A DNA stretch of 64,000 nucleotides from Selaginella moellendorffii (Eukaryota; Plantae; Lycopodiophyta). A program made the position numbers and the translations under genes. Shown here piece after piece: positions 50,538-63,905 of this stretch. Position 1 is the first letter of the stretch, and every line of letters starts with the position of its first letter. A model generated the notes under the pieces. It worked only from the letters and a program-made list of their open reading frames with translations, made no database searches and was not told the DNA's origin. The DNA lies in NCBI RefSeq assembly GCF_000143415.4, contig NW_003314291.1, forward strand, positions 821,702 to 885,701. The letters are read 5' to 3'.

Positions 50538-51524
50538 TGTGCCGTATGGTTTGTGTTTATATATGTGTATTCTGCTTGTTCAATTTTCCCTGTTAAGATT
50601 ATCCTACCTGTTTCCTTTCTTCTTCTCGTTCTTTGTACAATGCACAATGTCTCGAGTGCCGTGTCCTCGTCCCTTGACAAAGCGGGAACAGGTACATTCT
50701 CAAAGTAAAGTAAACAGACTTTAGAAGTTGCTAACAAGCGTTTCTTCCTCGCAGTTTAGAGCTACAATGCGTGAAAGGAGAGCGAGGAGCCTAACGAAAG
50801 AAAGATCGCAAAGAGAAAAAGTCGCAAGGATTTCAGGTGAGCAAAGTAGCTCCTAGGGGAAGCATTTTCTCGCGGAGTTTTTTGACTGCTAATGGACAGG
50901 GAGAAAGCGCCGAGTGCAAGGATCTAGGCCGTTGCTTTGGTGGGGGTGGCTATGGAGGAGGAGGAGGAGAGCGCAATATTTAGCGAAGAAAAGGCAAGAG
51001 CACATGCCGTCTCTTTGTTTGTTGCTCCTGACACTGTACATTGATCTGTCCCCTTCAGATTCGAAAGCGGTGGTGGGATGGATCCAAATCCGCTCGCTCT
51101 TTGGCAGGGAAAACGCAAAAAAAAAACGACACTTTCCAGTCGAGCGACCCCGCAAAATCCACCAACGTCGTTCGTTGCGCTCCAGCCAGCCTCGGATCTA
51201 CCAAAGAATCAGCTACATGATCACGAGATGATCGAAGAGAGAAGATAACGATTCGAGCGCTGCGAATCTCTGATGGGGCCGGAAAATTGTCCTTTTTTCT
51301 CTCGCTCAATTATACTGCGCAATTCATGGCGCGTTTTGGACCAACTTTTATTCACATTGAAAGATTGCTCGCTGTCGCCATGATCACAGAAGCTCTCGCC
51401 ATGATCATAGAAACGGTAGCAAAGGAAACTAAAAGAGGCTCTATCGTTTTGAATTGTGGCTGCTAGAAGCTATAGAACACAGCCCCCGTGCCCGATCGAT
51501 CGCGATCCCGCTCGAACCAGCGGG

Positions 51525-52079
51525 TCACCAGAGCACCCAATTCAGAGCTGCAGCGACCCACAAGCCCAGAATCGCGAAACTCGCCAGGGAGCTCGCGGGA
51601 ATTGGCGGCGGCGTGGAGGAGGAGTAGCCATTCTGGACCTTGATGTAGGCGGTGATGGTGTCGCGGCTGCGCACGGGGATGAAGGGGATGCTCTGGACGG
51701 GAATGTAGTCGTGGTACTGGTAGCAGGAGGAGGTGGGCGCATCAAACACGACCGCGGAGCAGGAGCAATCGTTGGTGCACGAGTCGAGGCAGTCGGCGGG
51801 CGAGCAAACCGTTGGAGCCTTGGAGGTGATGTTGAAGTACGTGACATAGGCGATGTGGAGATACGTGAAGGCCTTGCCGGTGTCGAAGATGCACGAGTAA
51901 TTGTGATCCCATTTCCCCTCCAGCGACACCCCTGCTGCGGCTGGACTCGCGGATTTGCTGCTTGGTTCTTCCGGGAGGATCCTCGCCTGACTCAGAGCTC
52001 TTCCAGAGGCTTGGAGCGCCGAGAATTTCCAGAGGATGAGAAGGGAGAGGAAGAATTTCGATCTGGCGGTGGTGGTCAT
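51525..52079 (-). CDS. Secreted, probably GPI/TM-anchored stand-alone PAN/apple-domain protein
   Basis: N-terminal signal peptide, CLDSCTNDCSCSAVVF...C...AYIKVQ (S-domain RLK-type PAN pattern), Ser/Pro linker and hydrophobic C-terminus; intronless, 184 aa. Confidence 0.75.
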   Translation of the reverse strand: MTTTARSKFFLSLLILWKFSALQASGRALSQARILPEEPSSKSASPAAAGVSLEGKWDHNYSCIFDTGKAFTYLHIAYVTYFNITSKAPTVCSPADCLDSCTNDCSCSAVVFDAPTSSCYQYHDYIPVQSIPFIPVRSRDTITAYIKVQNGYSSSTPPPIPASSLASFAILGLWVAAALNWVLW

Positions 52080-53424
52080 GGATGGATCTTTGGTGTGATC
52101 TATCTACACTTGTCACTACTGCTTGGAGTGTTTCTATCTATCCGTGCGAGGAGAAGAGAAATTCTCACGCTATTCTTGCAATTGACGTCGCCATTCGAGG
52201 GAGGGAGAGCGAGAGAGGAGAAGGGGGCAGGAAAAATTCAAGCGATGGCAGAGGGGTGTAGGTAATGCCCGATTTGAGGAAACGATTAGAAAATAAATTT
52301 AATCAAGTGGAAAACGTACGTAGAAAATGGCCGTTGCTTTTTATGAATGGATGACGTGTACAAGGATGTACAACGTGGAGTCCATGTCACTGCACCTGTC
52401 ACCACGCGGAGATTTAGTCTGCATCTTCGCCAACTTTTCAATTTCAATTCTTTTCACCTTATCATGCCCATTAAAAAAGAAAAGCTTCTTCTTCTTTGTT
52501 GGCAGCATCCTGTTCTGTGCAAATCTGGAGAGCAAGCAAGTATTTCATGTTTACCTCCACAGTGCTCCATCCCTCTCCTACACAATAAACAGCAGAATTA
52601 ACCACCACTTAGAAACAATTGCAAAGATCATTACCAAGATATATAATTCATACCACCCAAAAAGTGCAAACAGTCTAACTTGCCCCTATTTGCCAATGTG
52701 CTTACAGAATATCTTGGCTTTCATAGTCAAGTTCTTTTAGAGTACGTAGAAGTAACTATATAGGGGAGGTTAGGCAAATCCAAGGCTACCCAACTCACTG
52801 GTCTAATCCATTTATGTTAAAAGCTTAGTAATCAATTTCTAGGTTGAGTCATGAATATAAAAATTTTGTGAGGTTTGAGAATCTTGTATCTGTATATATT
52901 TAATGGTGAAATGCAATTATGTGTTATCAAAGTGTGGCATGACACCTTAGCAATAGAGCACTTTAGTATCCAAAAGATATTAGAATTGGTTTAACAATAA
53001 TTTTGATAACCCCATATGCTCAAATATGTTGAAAACTTTGTTTATACCTATGATATATGTCAGGAAATTAAAATGTCGTGATATGCTTCAAACTAAAATG
53101 TTGTGACATGTTTTTTTTGTCTTGTCCAACCTTTTCCTTTTAATCTAAGGACTTAGATCTTTCACCTTCTTGAGGATTTAACATTGTTTTTATTGTGGTT
53201 ATTCTTGTTATGGCCAACTCATTTTTCAAAATCTTTCTGAGGATTTGATAAAGTTTTTTGTTGTGGTTGACTAGTCTAAAATGGCACATTTTCTTGCCAT
53301 GTCATAAAACAATTGATAGAGAACAACTAGTTTAACTTATTTATAAAAAGATCATAAGTACTACAAATCCAATACCAAAGGTAAGCAAAACTCTCTTCCT
53401 TGATCACTTGGAAAAGTGATTTTT

Positions 53425-53614
53425 GGATTTGCTTCACGATCAATGGCCACACTTCAATCTGGTGCTCATCATGAATATGGGTGGAATGGGCAACGTTGTG
53501 AGCAATCTCAATGGCTAGGCACTCTCCTTCCACATCACCACCACTGATGGCAAGATTCTCATTGCCTACAATGCTGTGTCTGGGAACTGGCAATGGAGAA
53601 CTTACACAGGCAAC
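53425..53614 (+). pseudogene. Alpha-expansin C-terminal relic
   Basis: ICFTINGH-/-FNLVLIMNMGGMGNV-/-NLNG*ALSFHITTTDGKILIAYNAVSGNWQWRTYTGN, with a frameshift, a stop and an internal deletion. Confidence 0.85.
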
Positions 53615-53619
53615 ATCGC

Positions 53620-54845
53620 CTCAATGCAATCCTGTCCCTTGCCAGCATCAAGTGGAAGATCACTAGCACTTTCTCAAGATGCCCAGCACGGGCAAATATG
53701 GCGAACAATGCGGTCTAGAAGACAAGATTGTGCTGAGGCATCAGGTCGAACAAAGAGTTGGACTCTCGTAGCTCTCCGTGATGCGTGCTCGCCGTCAAGA
53801 CTGCGTTCCAGGAGACCAGGTTGCGATCAGGCACGGCATAGAAGATCTCTTTGAAATTTACAAGATACCCCTTAGCGGCAAGTGCTGTAACCACTGTGTT
53901 CCACACGAAGAGATCGTGCTCCAGCACGCGATCAAAACAATTTTGTGCTTCGGAGAATTTCCCACATTGACAGTACGCAGCTAGCATTGCATTCCACGAA
54001 ACAATGTTCCTCTGCGGCATATCATTTTTGCTTCTGCTGTGGTTGGCATATGCTGCAAAGATGGCGGTCCACGACAACTGAGGAATCCAAGCGCTTGTTT
54101 GATTCCATGCCGCAGCGCGATCATGTCTCCTGGAATGCGGTGCTCGGGGCCTACGCCCATAATGGCCACTGGGACGAGGCCGTGGCGCGCTTCTCCGCCA
54201 TGCCCGCTCTGCGAGTACGGTCATCGCGGCATGATCCACCACGCGAGCGATGCTGAGCACCTATGCCCGTAACGGGAATCTTGATGAGGCTTGGCATATC
54301 TTTGACTGGATGCCGGAACGCGATGTTTTTTTCCTGAACTCAATCCTCTCAGCAAATGCCCAAATCGGGCATCTGGAACATACGAAGTTTCTGTTTGATA
54401 CAGAAATTTGTTTATTAAAGGCCAGATAAAGATCCGATTGCCTGGAACGCGATGATTTCGGCCTATGCGCATAAAGCGCGGTGGATCTGTATGGTGCGAT
54501 CAAGGTTGAAGAGGAGAGACCGGGCGATCGTTGCTTCACCTTGGTTCTTCTCGTGTGTGGACGCACTGGAACAGTTTGGGGTGGCTTCGTTGCTTCGCGG
54601 AGATGGTGGTCGATTATGGGATCGTTGCAAACAAGCTCCAGTACCGATGTATGATCGATCTCTTGAGCAGGGCCGGGCATCTGAGAGAGGCGGAGGAGCG
54701 TATCGCAAGCATGCCATTCGAGGCGGAGGTGATGGACTGGCGATGTTTGCTGGGTGCATCGACGAGCTACAGCAATTTGGAACATGGTGCTCACGCAGCT
54801 AAGGCTCTCTTGGGTGGCCAAAACGACCTCCTTGCGCGGTGAAAG
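53620..54845. pseudogene. Scrambled PLS-PPR relics in both orientations
   Basis: Minus strand: MPQRNIVSWNAMLAAY (about 53715-54070). Plus strand: MPQRDHVSWNAVLGAYAHNG and YRCMIDLLSRAGHL (about 54090-54840). Confidence 0.8.
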
Positions 54846-54914
54846 ATGGAGCGCCCAGGAAAAGTATGATCTTCTCGAAGAGTAGAAGGTTGGCTGAGAG
54901 TTTGCAATGAGGCG

Positions 54915-56459
54915 ATGGTTGCTCTAGCTCTAAGAACTGGATCGCCCTGCTGTTCCGGCCCCGACCTCGACGATTCGAGGGCGAGATATCGCTCCAACTT
55001 GCTGATTCACAGGTATGGGAAGCTTGGAAACCTGGAGCTTGCGCGCGAGGCTTTTGAGGCCATCAAGCATCCCAATGTTTTCTCGTGGAACCTTTTCATC
55101 GCGGCGTGTATTGACAATGGGAACTTGCGGGAAGCAAGAGAGGTGTTTGACAGGATGCCTGCGACGGACAAGGACATTGTGTCCTGGAACACAATGCTGC
55201 GTGGGCATTTCCAGCTCGGTAACCTTCGTGAAGCTATGGCGGTGTTTCAAAAGATGCCGGAGAGGGACGTCGTTTCGTGGACTACTGTTCTTGCTGCAAA
55301 TGCCCAAGAAGGGCATTTTGACGTTTCAATCGCCTTGTTTAATACGATGCCCGTACGTAGCGTGGTCAGCTGGAATACTCTTTTGCAAGCGTACACATTG
55401 TTCAAAAAGATGGAAGAGGCTCGCGATTTGTTTTTCTGCATGCCTTACCGAGATGTTTCAACGTGGAACACAATGATAGCTGGAAATGCCGTAGCGGGGC
55501 ATTGTGCTGAGGCTCAAACATGCTTTAAATCCATGCCAGAGATGGACGTGGTTTCTTTCACGGCAATGATGAAGGCCTTTGGCGAGGCTGGGGACTTGCA
55601 AGGAGCGCAAAAAGTATTTGATTCCTCTCCCGCAAAGAACATCGTGTGCTGGAGCGCCATGGTAACCGCGTATGCCCAGCGTGGGCATCTGGAAGATGCT
55701 AAGTGCCTGTTTGACAGGATGCCCGAATGGAACACGGTGGCCTGCTCGGCCTTGATCTCGGCCTACGGCCAACAGTTCCATCTCGAGGCAGCCACGCAGG
55801 TGTTCTTCGAATACATGGCTGAGTGGAGCACGGTTTCCTGCAATGCTCTCTTGACCGCTTACTCCAAAAGCCGCCACCTCGAGGCAGCCATAGCGATGTT
55901 CGACGCCATAGCCTACCGTAATGTGGGATCCTGGAACTCGCTGCTCGCAGCCTACGCCGATAACGGGAGTCTCGAGAACTCAGCGAAGGTATTTGCAATG
56001 ATCCCCGACCGCGATCCCGTGTCCTGGAGCTCCATGATCACAGCCTACGCTCGATCCGGGCGCTGCAACGAAGCCACCCAAACCACCCAGCTGATGCAGC
56101 TCCAAGGCTTGGCGCTGGACAGCATCGCATTCCTGGGCATCCTCAACGCTTGCAAGCAACGGGGGCTCTTGCGGGAGGCTTACTCGTACCTGGGGCTCAT
56201 GGTGGCGGAGCACGGCATGGAAGCGTCGGCGGAGCACTATGGAGCGGTCGTCGACGCCCTCGCCGGATCGGGGCTCTTGGGCTGCGCCGAGGAGCTCGCC
56301 GCCAGCCTGCCGCTGGGATTGGACGCCGCCGGGTGCGCGTCACTGCTGGGAGCTTGCCGGATCCACTGGGACGTGAGCCTTGGAAGGCGGGTTGCGCGAA
56401 GGATGAGCTCCAGCAGCCCCGCGCTCTACGTAACACTCTCCAATGCATATAGCAGCTGA
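54915..56459 (+). CDS. PLS-class (S-motif rich) PPR protein with degenerate E domain
   Basis: Tandem 31-aa motifs (MPERDVVSWTT etc.) and HYGAVVDALAGSG...LLGACRIH...YVTLSNAYS*. Confidence 0.9.
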   Translation: MVALALRTGSPCCSGPDLDDSRARYRSNLLIHRYGKLGNLELAREAFEAIKHPNVFSWNLFIAACIDNGNLREAREVFDRMPATDKDIVSWNTMLRGHFQLGNLREAMAVFQKMPERDVVSWTTVLAANAQEGHFDVSIALFNTMPVRSVVSWNTLLQAYTLFKKMEEARDLFFCMPYRDVSTWNTMIAGNAVAGHCAEAQTCFKSMPEMDVVSFTAMMKAFGEAGDLQGAQKVFDSSPAKNIVCWSAMVTAYAQRGHLEDAKCLFDRMPEWNTVACSALISAYGQQFHLEAATQVFFEYMAEWSTVSCNALLTAYSKSRHLEAAIAMFDAIAYRNVGSWNSLLAAYADNGSLENSAKVFAMIPDRDPVSWSSMITAYARSGRCNEATQTTQLMQLQGLALDSIAFLGILNACKQRGLLREAYSYLGLMVAEHGMEASAEHYGAVVDALAGSGLLGCAEELAASLPLGLDAAGCASLLGACRIHWDVSLGRRVARRMSSSSPALYVTLSNAYSS

Positions 56460-56783
56460 AAATCTCCGCTTGTCAAAAGGCTTGAGCGAGAGGGATTTCT
56501 GCTAGTGCTGGTGGTGATAGTGGTGGAGTGAGAGTGAGAGTTTTGCTTCTTCTTGAGCGCCTCCGCCGCCAAAAAAAAAAAAACAAAAAAAAAATGGTGG
56601 ATGTGTCCCAGAAATCTACGCGACCTTGCTTCATCAAGCAAATGCCCAAACACATCAAGGATTGACTTATTCCCTGAGGATGAGGAGCACCAACTGTTTA
56701 GCCGGCAATTCTTAGCTCGAGCATCTCTTCTCTATCGTTTTGCCCTATAAATTTCTATTCTCATAGTCGGCGGCGCGCCGACT

Positions 56784-58475
56784 ATGTGGTTTCACTCGCT
56801 ACTCTCCCTTTTGCTGCTAGTCCCACTGCGATCCATCCGCGCGCACCAAGAATGCCCCTCCTCCTCTGCTGGCGATGCCGCGATCGCAAACTCCACGCTC
56901 TCTAGCATCGGCGATGGCGAGGACATTCGAGAATGGCTGGTTGGAATCCGGCGGCGCATCCACCAGCGCCCAGAGCTGGGCTTCCAAGAGTTTGAGACGA
57001 GCGCGCTCATCCGGGCGGAGCTAGACGCGCTGGGCGTGCCGTACGAGTGGCCGGTGGCGGGCACGGGAGTGGTGGCCACCATCGGTACGGGTGGGCCGCC
57101 CATCGTGGCCCTGCGAGCCGACATGGACGCCCTCCCTCTCCAGGTAATAAAGCAAATCTTACTTCTCCCGACTTGGTAAAACTCACCGCGAAATTCTCTT
57201 TTTGCCAAGGAGCTGGGCAATTCCGAGTACAAGAGCCAGGTGGCCGGTAAAATGCACGCCTGTGGCCACGACGCACACGTGGCGATGCTGCTGGGTGCCG
57301 CGCGGCTCCTTTCCCGCCCCGCCGCGGTACCGCGCGGCACAGTCCGGCTGCTCTTCCAGCCCGCCGAGGAGGGCCTCTACGGCGCGCTGGCCATGGTGGA
57401 GGGTGGCGCGCTGGGTGACGCCCAGGCCATCTTTGGCATCCACGTCACCTCCGAGAGGCCGGTGGGTACCGCCAGCAGCCGCGCGGGACCCCTCCTCGCG
57501 GGCGCCGGGTTTCTCACCGCTACCATCACCGGACGTGGAGGCCACGCCGCCTTGCCGCACAAGACGATAGATCCCATTCTCGCAGCATCGATGGTGGTGG
57601 CTAGTCTCCAGCAGCTCGTCTCCCGCGAATCCAATCCTCTCGAGAGCGAGGTAAACTCTTCACATTTCAATGGTATGACTGTACCGCGCGGTACCGCACG
57701 CTGCACAGGTCGTGTCCGTGACGTCCATCCAGACCCCCGACTCTTTCAACGTCATTCCTTCCACGGTGACGCTCAAAGGGACTTTCCGGGGCTACAAGAA
57801 AGAAGGCCTCGAGCGACTGAAAACCAGAATCGAACAGGTTGGTTTCTCGTCCTAGCTTTGCTTGATCTTCCATCTAGATCTTCTCCGCAGCAGATCTTCT
57901 CGTCCCAAGTTTGCTTGATCTTCCATCTCGATTTGCTTGATCTTCCATCTAGATCTTCTCGTCCCAAGTTTGCTTGATCTTCCATCTCGATCTTCTCGGC
58001 CAACTTTGCTTGATCTTCCATCTGGTTCTTCTCGTCCCAACCTTGCTTGATCTTCCCGATCTTCTCAACTTTGCTTGATCTTCCATCGATCTTCTCGGCT
58101 TCGCAGGTGATCACCAGCCAAGCTTCCGTGCATCAGTGCTCGGCCAGCGTAGATATCAGTAACTTGCAACCCGCCACCTCCAACGATCCGGAGCTCTACC
58201 ACTTCTTCCAGGGAGTCGCGAAGGATCTCCTGGGAGAGGACAAAGTGACCGAGATGGAGCCTACCATGGGAGCCGAGGACTTTGCTTTCTACTCGGATCA
58301 CGTCCCAACCATGTTCTTCTTCCTGGGAAGTGGGAACGACGCCGAAGGATTCGACAACCGGCCACACTCCCCATACTTCGACTTGGACGAGGATGTTCTA
58401 CCGATTGGAGCGGCCATGCACGCGGCGCTCGCGACAAACTACATTGAAAAGACAGCCACAGTTAGTGACATCTAA
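56784..58475 (+). CDS. IAA-amino acid hydrolase ILR1-like (peptidase M20D), 4 exons (56784-57143, 57210-57650, 57709-57837, 58107-58475)
   Basis: [68 protein letters not shown]; N-terminal signal peptide. Confidence 0.95.
57855..58100 (+). repeat. Intronic minisatellite (tttgcttgatcttccatct(a/c)gatcttctc...) about 7 copies
   Basis: Repeated ttgcttgatcttcc core fills intron 3 of the ILR1-like gene. Confidence 0.85.
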
Positions 58476-58646
58476 GTTAAATTCAAGCGTCGAAACCTCA
58501 GCCTTGTATGGAAAAGAAAAACTATTCACAGAAACTTATATTCAAGTCAGTAACAACCCAAAATCTCCTCCAGCAACAAAGGAAGTTACCTCGAGCACCA
58601 AAGCAGTAGCATAGCTAGATAGATCTACACGAAGGAATCGATGCTT

Positions 58647-61600
58647 TTATAGGTAGACGTGCCGAACGTCACCCGCGCCAAATCCTACTCCGCAACCCGG
58701 GCATTTCCTATGCCTTATTTCCAGATTCCTCTGAATACACGGGTTGCAGAATAGATGGAGGCACTTCGTAATCGCCACCTGAAACACGGAAAAGAGGCCC
58801 CTGAGAAACACAAACAATCGATGAAGGTGAATGTACACGTACCTCTTTCTGTCGGTCGTGGCAAACGCTACACTTTAGTAGCGTCCTGTATTTGTTTACT
58901 TCTTCCTGCAGCTTCTCCACCAGTGCGTTCTCTTGAGCAGTGGTATGCTTGGTTTTCAGTACGGTCAGTTCATTCTCAAGTTGCTTCTTCTCAAACCTGC
59001 AGCAAGCGAATTCAATACAAAAGCCAGTAAATGTAGACAGCGTACCTTTCGTTCTCCAGTACTACCAGGACATCGTTCGTCTTTTCTCCACGTTCTCGGA
59101 GCTCTTTGTCAGAAACTTCCAAAGCGGATCTTAACGATTGGACCTCCCTCTCTGCCTCCGCCAATTTGCGCCGAGCGACCTCCACAGCTGAATTACTGTG
59201 CCGAGTCTCATCAGCTGCCTTGGTAAGCTGGTCCAGTTGTAGACGAACCTACACAAGAAATAGAATGTTAATGTAACGAAAATGACGATAACAATTGAGA
59301 AAAACCTGCTCTTCGAAACGAGCAGCCCTTTGCTTTTGCAAGTCGGCTGCAGACGTTGCAAGCTGCATCTTCCCAGATATCGACTGTTTCTCAGCAACAA
59401 GAGAGGTCTGCAACTGTTTTGCTTTCAAGCTTTCCGCCACAAGCTGTAAGCGGAAAATTAGTCTCATTTCTAGCTCACGTGAATCTAAGAAACCTTTGTA
59501 TTGTAATCATCCCTTTCGGATATCTGCTGCAAAAGCCTTTGGTTTTGAGTCTGCATGTCTTCATATGCTTGCCCGATAGTCTGTTTAAAAAGAAAATTAC
59601 AGACATAAATGAAAGAAAACTAAAAATCTTACCTCGATTTCAGATATGTAAGCATCTCCTTCTTCACTTTTTGCCTTAATAGTTTCTAGCAGCTCCATCT
59701 TATCTCTGAAAAACAGTGTAAGAATGTCTAAAAGTTAAAAGTGCCACAATGAACCTGTCAGAAACATCCAAGCGTTCGCGAAGTTCAGCAATTTCTGCTT
59801 CAGCTGCCGCAAGTCTTTGCTGGCAGGCGGCCTCCGCCTCATTCGCTGTCTTTACGCGAAGTTCAAGGCTGTGTTCATCCAAGGCCTCCTGTAAACGTTG
59901 TATTTGGGCTCGAGCTCTACATTCTGATTGCTGTATTTCTAGAATATCCCTGCAGAGAAAGCACAAGATTAACAAGCTTTTGAAGAAAGAGAGTTGAAGG
60001 GCAACAGCACACCTGCTTTCTATTGACTCCTTTTCATACATATCTAGTATAAGCTTCAACTCCTGCTCGCTTTCTTTGAGAACGCGAATCTGTAATCGAC
60101 CAATACCGTAAGAATCTGACGAAAGATAGCAGTACTGACCTCTTCTTTGAACACGTCTGCCTCAATAGCCTGATCTGCTAGCTTCTTCGAAAGATTTTTA
60201 AACTCGAATTTCTGTCAAAACGTTTATATATAAAGGATTCTTGTAATCATAGAGAATAGTACCTTTCTTTCAAGAACCGCTGCCATAGAATGGGAGTCTG
60301 CTCGAAGACTGCACACTTCATGGGCAGCATCTTTGTATTTGTTAAGCTGCAGTTGCATCATCCCCATCTCCTTGTGAAGTGTACTTATCATTAGCTTGAG
60401 CTCCGCAACAGTGTCCTTTCTTCCTGAGGTTATAAAAAAGAATAAGCAATCATAGAAAGGTCCCAAAACTCATACCAGAAAGCTGATTTAATTCTTCGAC
60501 TCTTAGCTGTAAATCATCTCTATCGGCCATACATTGTTGTAACTTCGCCTCCAAAGCTGTGATCCTCGATTCCGCAACAGCTACGTCCCTCCGGGCAGCT
60601 TCTCCAGCTTCAGCTTTCAGGCTCACTTCTTTCTCGTGTCGTAATGCACTATCACGCTCAGCCTACAGCAGAGTTCTGGCACTTCAACACACTGGAAAAT
60701 GGATGCCAGTCGGAATGACTTCTTATGTAGCTAGAAAAACGAGTTCTCACCTGAAACCGTTCCGCATTTGCTTGGCATCGGTCGAGTTCCGCCTTGAAGA
60801 ACTTCAACTGATCTTGGAGTAGGAGGTAGGGCCTCGACGATATAACCCGTTGCTCGTCAATATGAGAATCCTGTGGGTGTGAATTCAGTGCCACTGAATA
60901 TAGCATAGCAAAGTAATGCGAAAACCTGTAATCGGCGTAGTTGCTCTGCCAGGTTGAGATTCTTTTGATGTGCCTCTTGAAGATCAACGAGCCGGCACTC
61001 CGATAAAGCCTGAAATCAAAGCAGTAAGAAACTGAGAACCAACACGTTGTACATACCTTAGTTCTTTCTAAAAGCTCTTCAAGATCTCTAATATCTTTCG
61101 ACGTCTTATACACTCCACCCTTTTCCCCTGGTTCTTTTGTCACAGCACCAGGTGTTGGCGGCCCTGGTGGCAAATCTTTCTGATTCCTTAAAGCAGCAGC
61201 GAGCTTTCGCCTACTCGTGTCCAGTTCTGCTAGTGTATCTTCCAGCTCACCTGAAAGATGCCGACCCTCAGCGTAGCACTAAAACATATAAAAACTAGCT
61301 TACCAGTTAATCTTCCTATTTCAGCTCGATCCTTCAAGCGGGAATCCTCCATAGCCGTCATTGCAGAGCTAATTTCTTTATGCTTGAGATGGAGTGCTTC
61401 CATCGCTGTTCTCAAACTTTGAGTTTCAACCAGCAAATCATCATGAGCCTTTTGAAGGGCCTTTCCAGCAACTGAACAATGAAAGCATAAAAAACTGGAC
61501 AAACACCACTTGAGATACATACCATCAGAAGATAGTTGATTCTTTAACATGGAGGTGAGCTCGTCATGCTTAGCGCGTTGGGATTGAATAACCTGCACTA

Positions 61601-62295
61601 TGTAGCTCATCGTTTTCACAGTGGAGGCCCTTCTACTGTTTAAAGCCGCATCGAGGGTGTCACCTTCCGTAGATGCTGAGGAGCGAACTAAGCGCTGTAA
61701 AAAAGTTTCCTCCGGAATTACGGACGATGTATCCGGCTTATCTGCAACTGAACGGCATTTGTCAGCCTATCCATGTAAGTGGAATATTTCTTACCACTTG
61801 ACACTGGCGGCGCTACCTCCAGCACCGGTAGCTCGGTAGTACCATCAGGATGAGCATTTACGGCTAGTAGCTCCAAGTCATCCACTAGCTATAGAAAAGA
61901 ACGAGTCAGACATAGAAACCAAACAAACAACAATGAAAGATAAAAAGGACCGCTTACCTCCTTCCAGCACCTATTCACCGAAATAAGCGTCTCATCAAAA
62001 GAAGTTTGTTTTGATTTAAGCTGGTTGAACTTATCCTCCAGAGCGTGTATCTCACTTCTTTGAGCGTCAAGCTTCTGAGCGAGTTGCTGGTTTTGGTACT
62101 GAAGCATTCCCGGGTCCGCCTATACATGCACAAAGAAGCATTAGAAAAGTAGAAAGACCAACAATAAGAAGAAGACCAAACCTTTCTCTCCTCTAAAACT
62201 GGAGCCATGGGCTGCTGCTTCTTTGGCGGTGGCGAGAGAGACGTGTGATTGTTGGAATGCCTTCGCTTGCGCTCCGACTCCTCAGTGCTACCCAT
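58647..62295 (-). CDS. HUB1: E3 ubiquitin ligase BRE1-like (histone H2B monoubiquitination), multi-exon
   Basis: MGSTEESERKRRH, LQYQNQQLAQKLDAQ, long coiled coils (ELRVKTANEAEAACQQRLAAAEAEIAELR) and C-terminal RING LKCSVCHDRQKE-VAITKCLHLFCNPCIQRNLEIRHRKCPGCG. HUB1 versus HUB2 is from recalled N-terminal similarity. Confidence 0.88.
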
Positions 62296-63234
62296 TCGGC
62301 TCCCACTACCCCTACTGGTACCTGCGTTGCTCGGACTGGCGGCGCTACTCCTCCAAGCAGCCTCATCAATCGCCAGTGGCGACTTGGCCACCGACGACCG
62401 AAGCGCTTCCACAGACGGCTCCAGGGCGGCGAAAGCGAGACAAGATTTCGACAGTCTCCTCAAGCGCCATACCCTACCTCAAGCCCTAGCTATGGCGCCG
62501 CAGCGCCATGCCGCCGGCGACTACTCCGGGCAAAGCGCCATTCCCGTGCCGGAGCGCTGCCCTAGGGTCGGAATGGCTATGGCGCCGCCGCCGCCCAACC
62601 AGTACAGATGGAAAATGAATGAAGGAAAGAATTCCAATCCCCTCTAAGTCTCTGCTTGCATGAATTGCCCGCCCGTCATGCGCCGTTGATCTGCGGGCAT
62701 CCAACACTCACAAACGCGCCACGACAAATGTGAAGGACTTTGAAGGGCGTTACCGGCAATGCTTCTATTTCCATTCCAGAATGAACTATGCCCTCCATCG
62801 CCGGAGAGATTTTTCTGGCAGCCACGTGGCACAACCCTCGCGGTCCAAATTAGGTTACGCGTTTCCCAGATTGCAGCCGCTAGCTCCAACGGTCCCGATT
62901 CGCGGGAGCCATCGTTTATATAGACCATCGGGGATTAGGGTTCTTCGTGGTCTGTGATGATCTCTCTTGTGGCGAGTTGCGAGTAGAGACGATGCCTTGC
63001 TTCGCGCAAGGGAACCCATTCATCTCCTCGCATCTCTGTGAATCGCCCATCCTCTATTTCTGAGACCCTAAAATCTCCTTTGTGGAATTCGATTTTTTTT
63101 CTCACGGACAGATGATGAATCCATGTAAGGTCTCGTTCGTCTGAGTGAAAAGCTCTCGCGCTTTTCCTGACGACAACGATTTATATCACCACCCATAGAC
63201 TGATGTCCGCGTTTTTTCGATCTAGATTTCGCTC

Positions 63235-63827
63235 TCACACCTCGACATTCTCCTTGGCCGTTGTCTTCTTCACTGCTTCGGTTTCTTCCGAGGATCCGGG
63301 AACTTTTTCTTCTTCCTCGGCGGATTTCTTCGCTGTGAGCTCGGTCTGGAATTCGTCCGCTGCCTGCCCATGACAACAAAACCAAATGAGGCCGCGAGAT
63401 TCACGAAAAGATCTCTTTTTTACTTGTTGGAAGCTCTTGACAGTCTTGCCGAGGCTCTTCCCAATCTCTGGGAGCTTCTTGGGCCCAAAAACCAGCGCCG
63501 CCACTCCGGCGATCACGACGAGCTCGGGCACGCCAAGCCCAAACAGCGCCATCACTCTGGCAGTCCGTCTCGTTGCTAGCATCGAATTGCCGCTCCGCGC
63601 TCTCAGCCGCAGCACGCCATCGCCAAAAACCTCACGAGACGTCAACGAAGCTCCTGCGCCATGACAATCCAATTCGAATCCTTCGTTTCATCCAATCGTC
63701 TCGGATCGAATTTACCTGGAACAAATGCGCTCGCTGCCGCATTGCATCGCGCCGCTGACGGCAATGGCGTGCTCCTCGCGATCGCAGCGGCAGGCCGGGC
63801 TTGGATTGGCAACACCGCCATCGCCAT
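63235..63827 (-). CDS. THA4: Chloroplast Tat pathway subunit Tha4/TatA, 3 exons
   Basis: Transit peptide, then ALFGLGVPELVVIAGVAALVFGPKKLPEIGKSLGKTVKSFQQ-AADEFQTEL. Confidence 0.92.
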
Positions 63828-63905
63828 CGCTAAAACCCTAGAATATTATCCCCGCGCCATTAGACCGCCATGAGGAGGAGAGAAAACGCTACACATGGAA
63901 CACGA

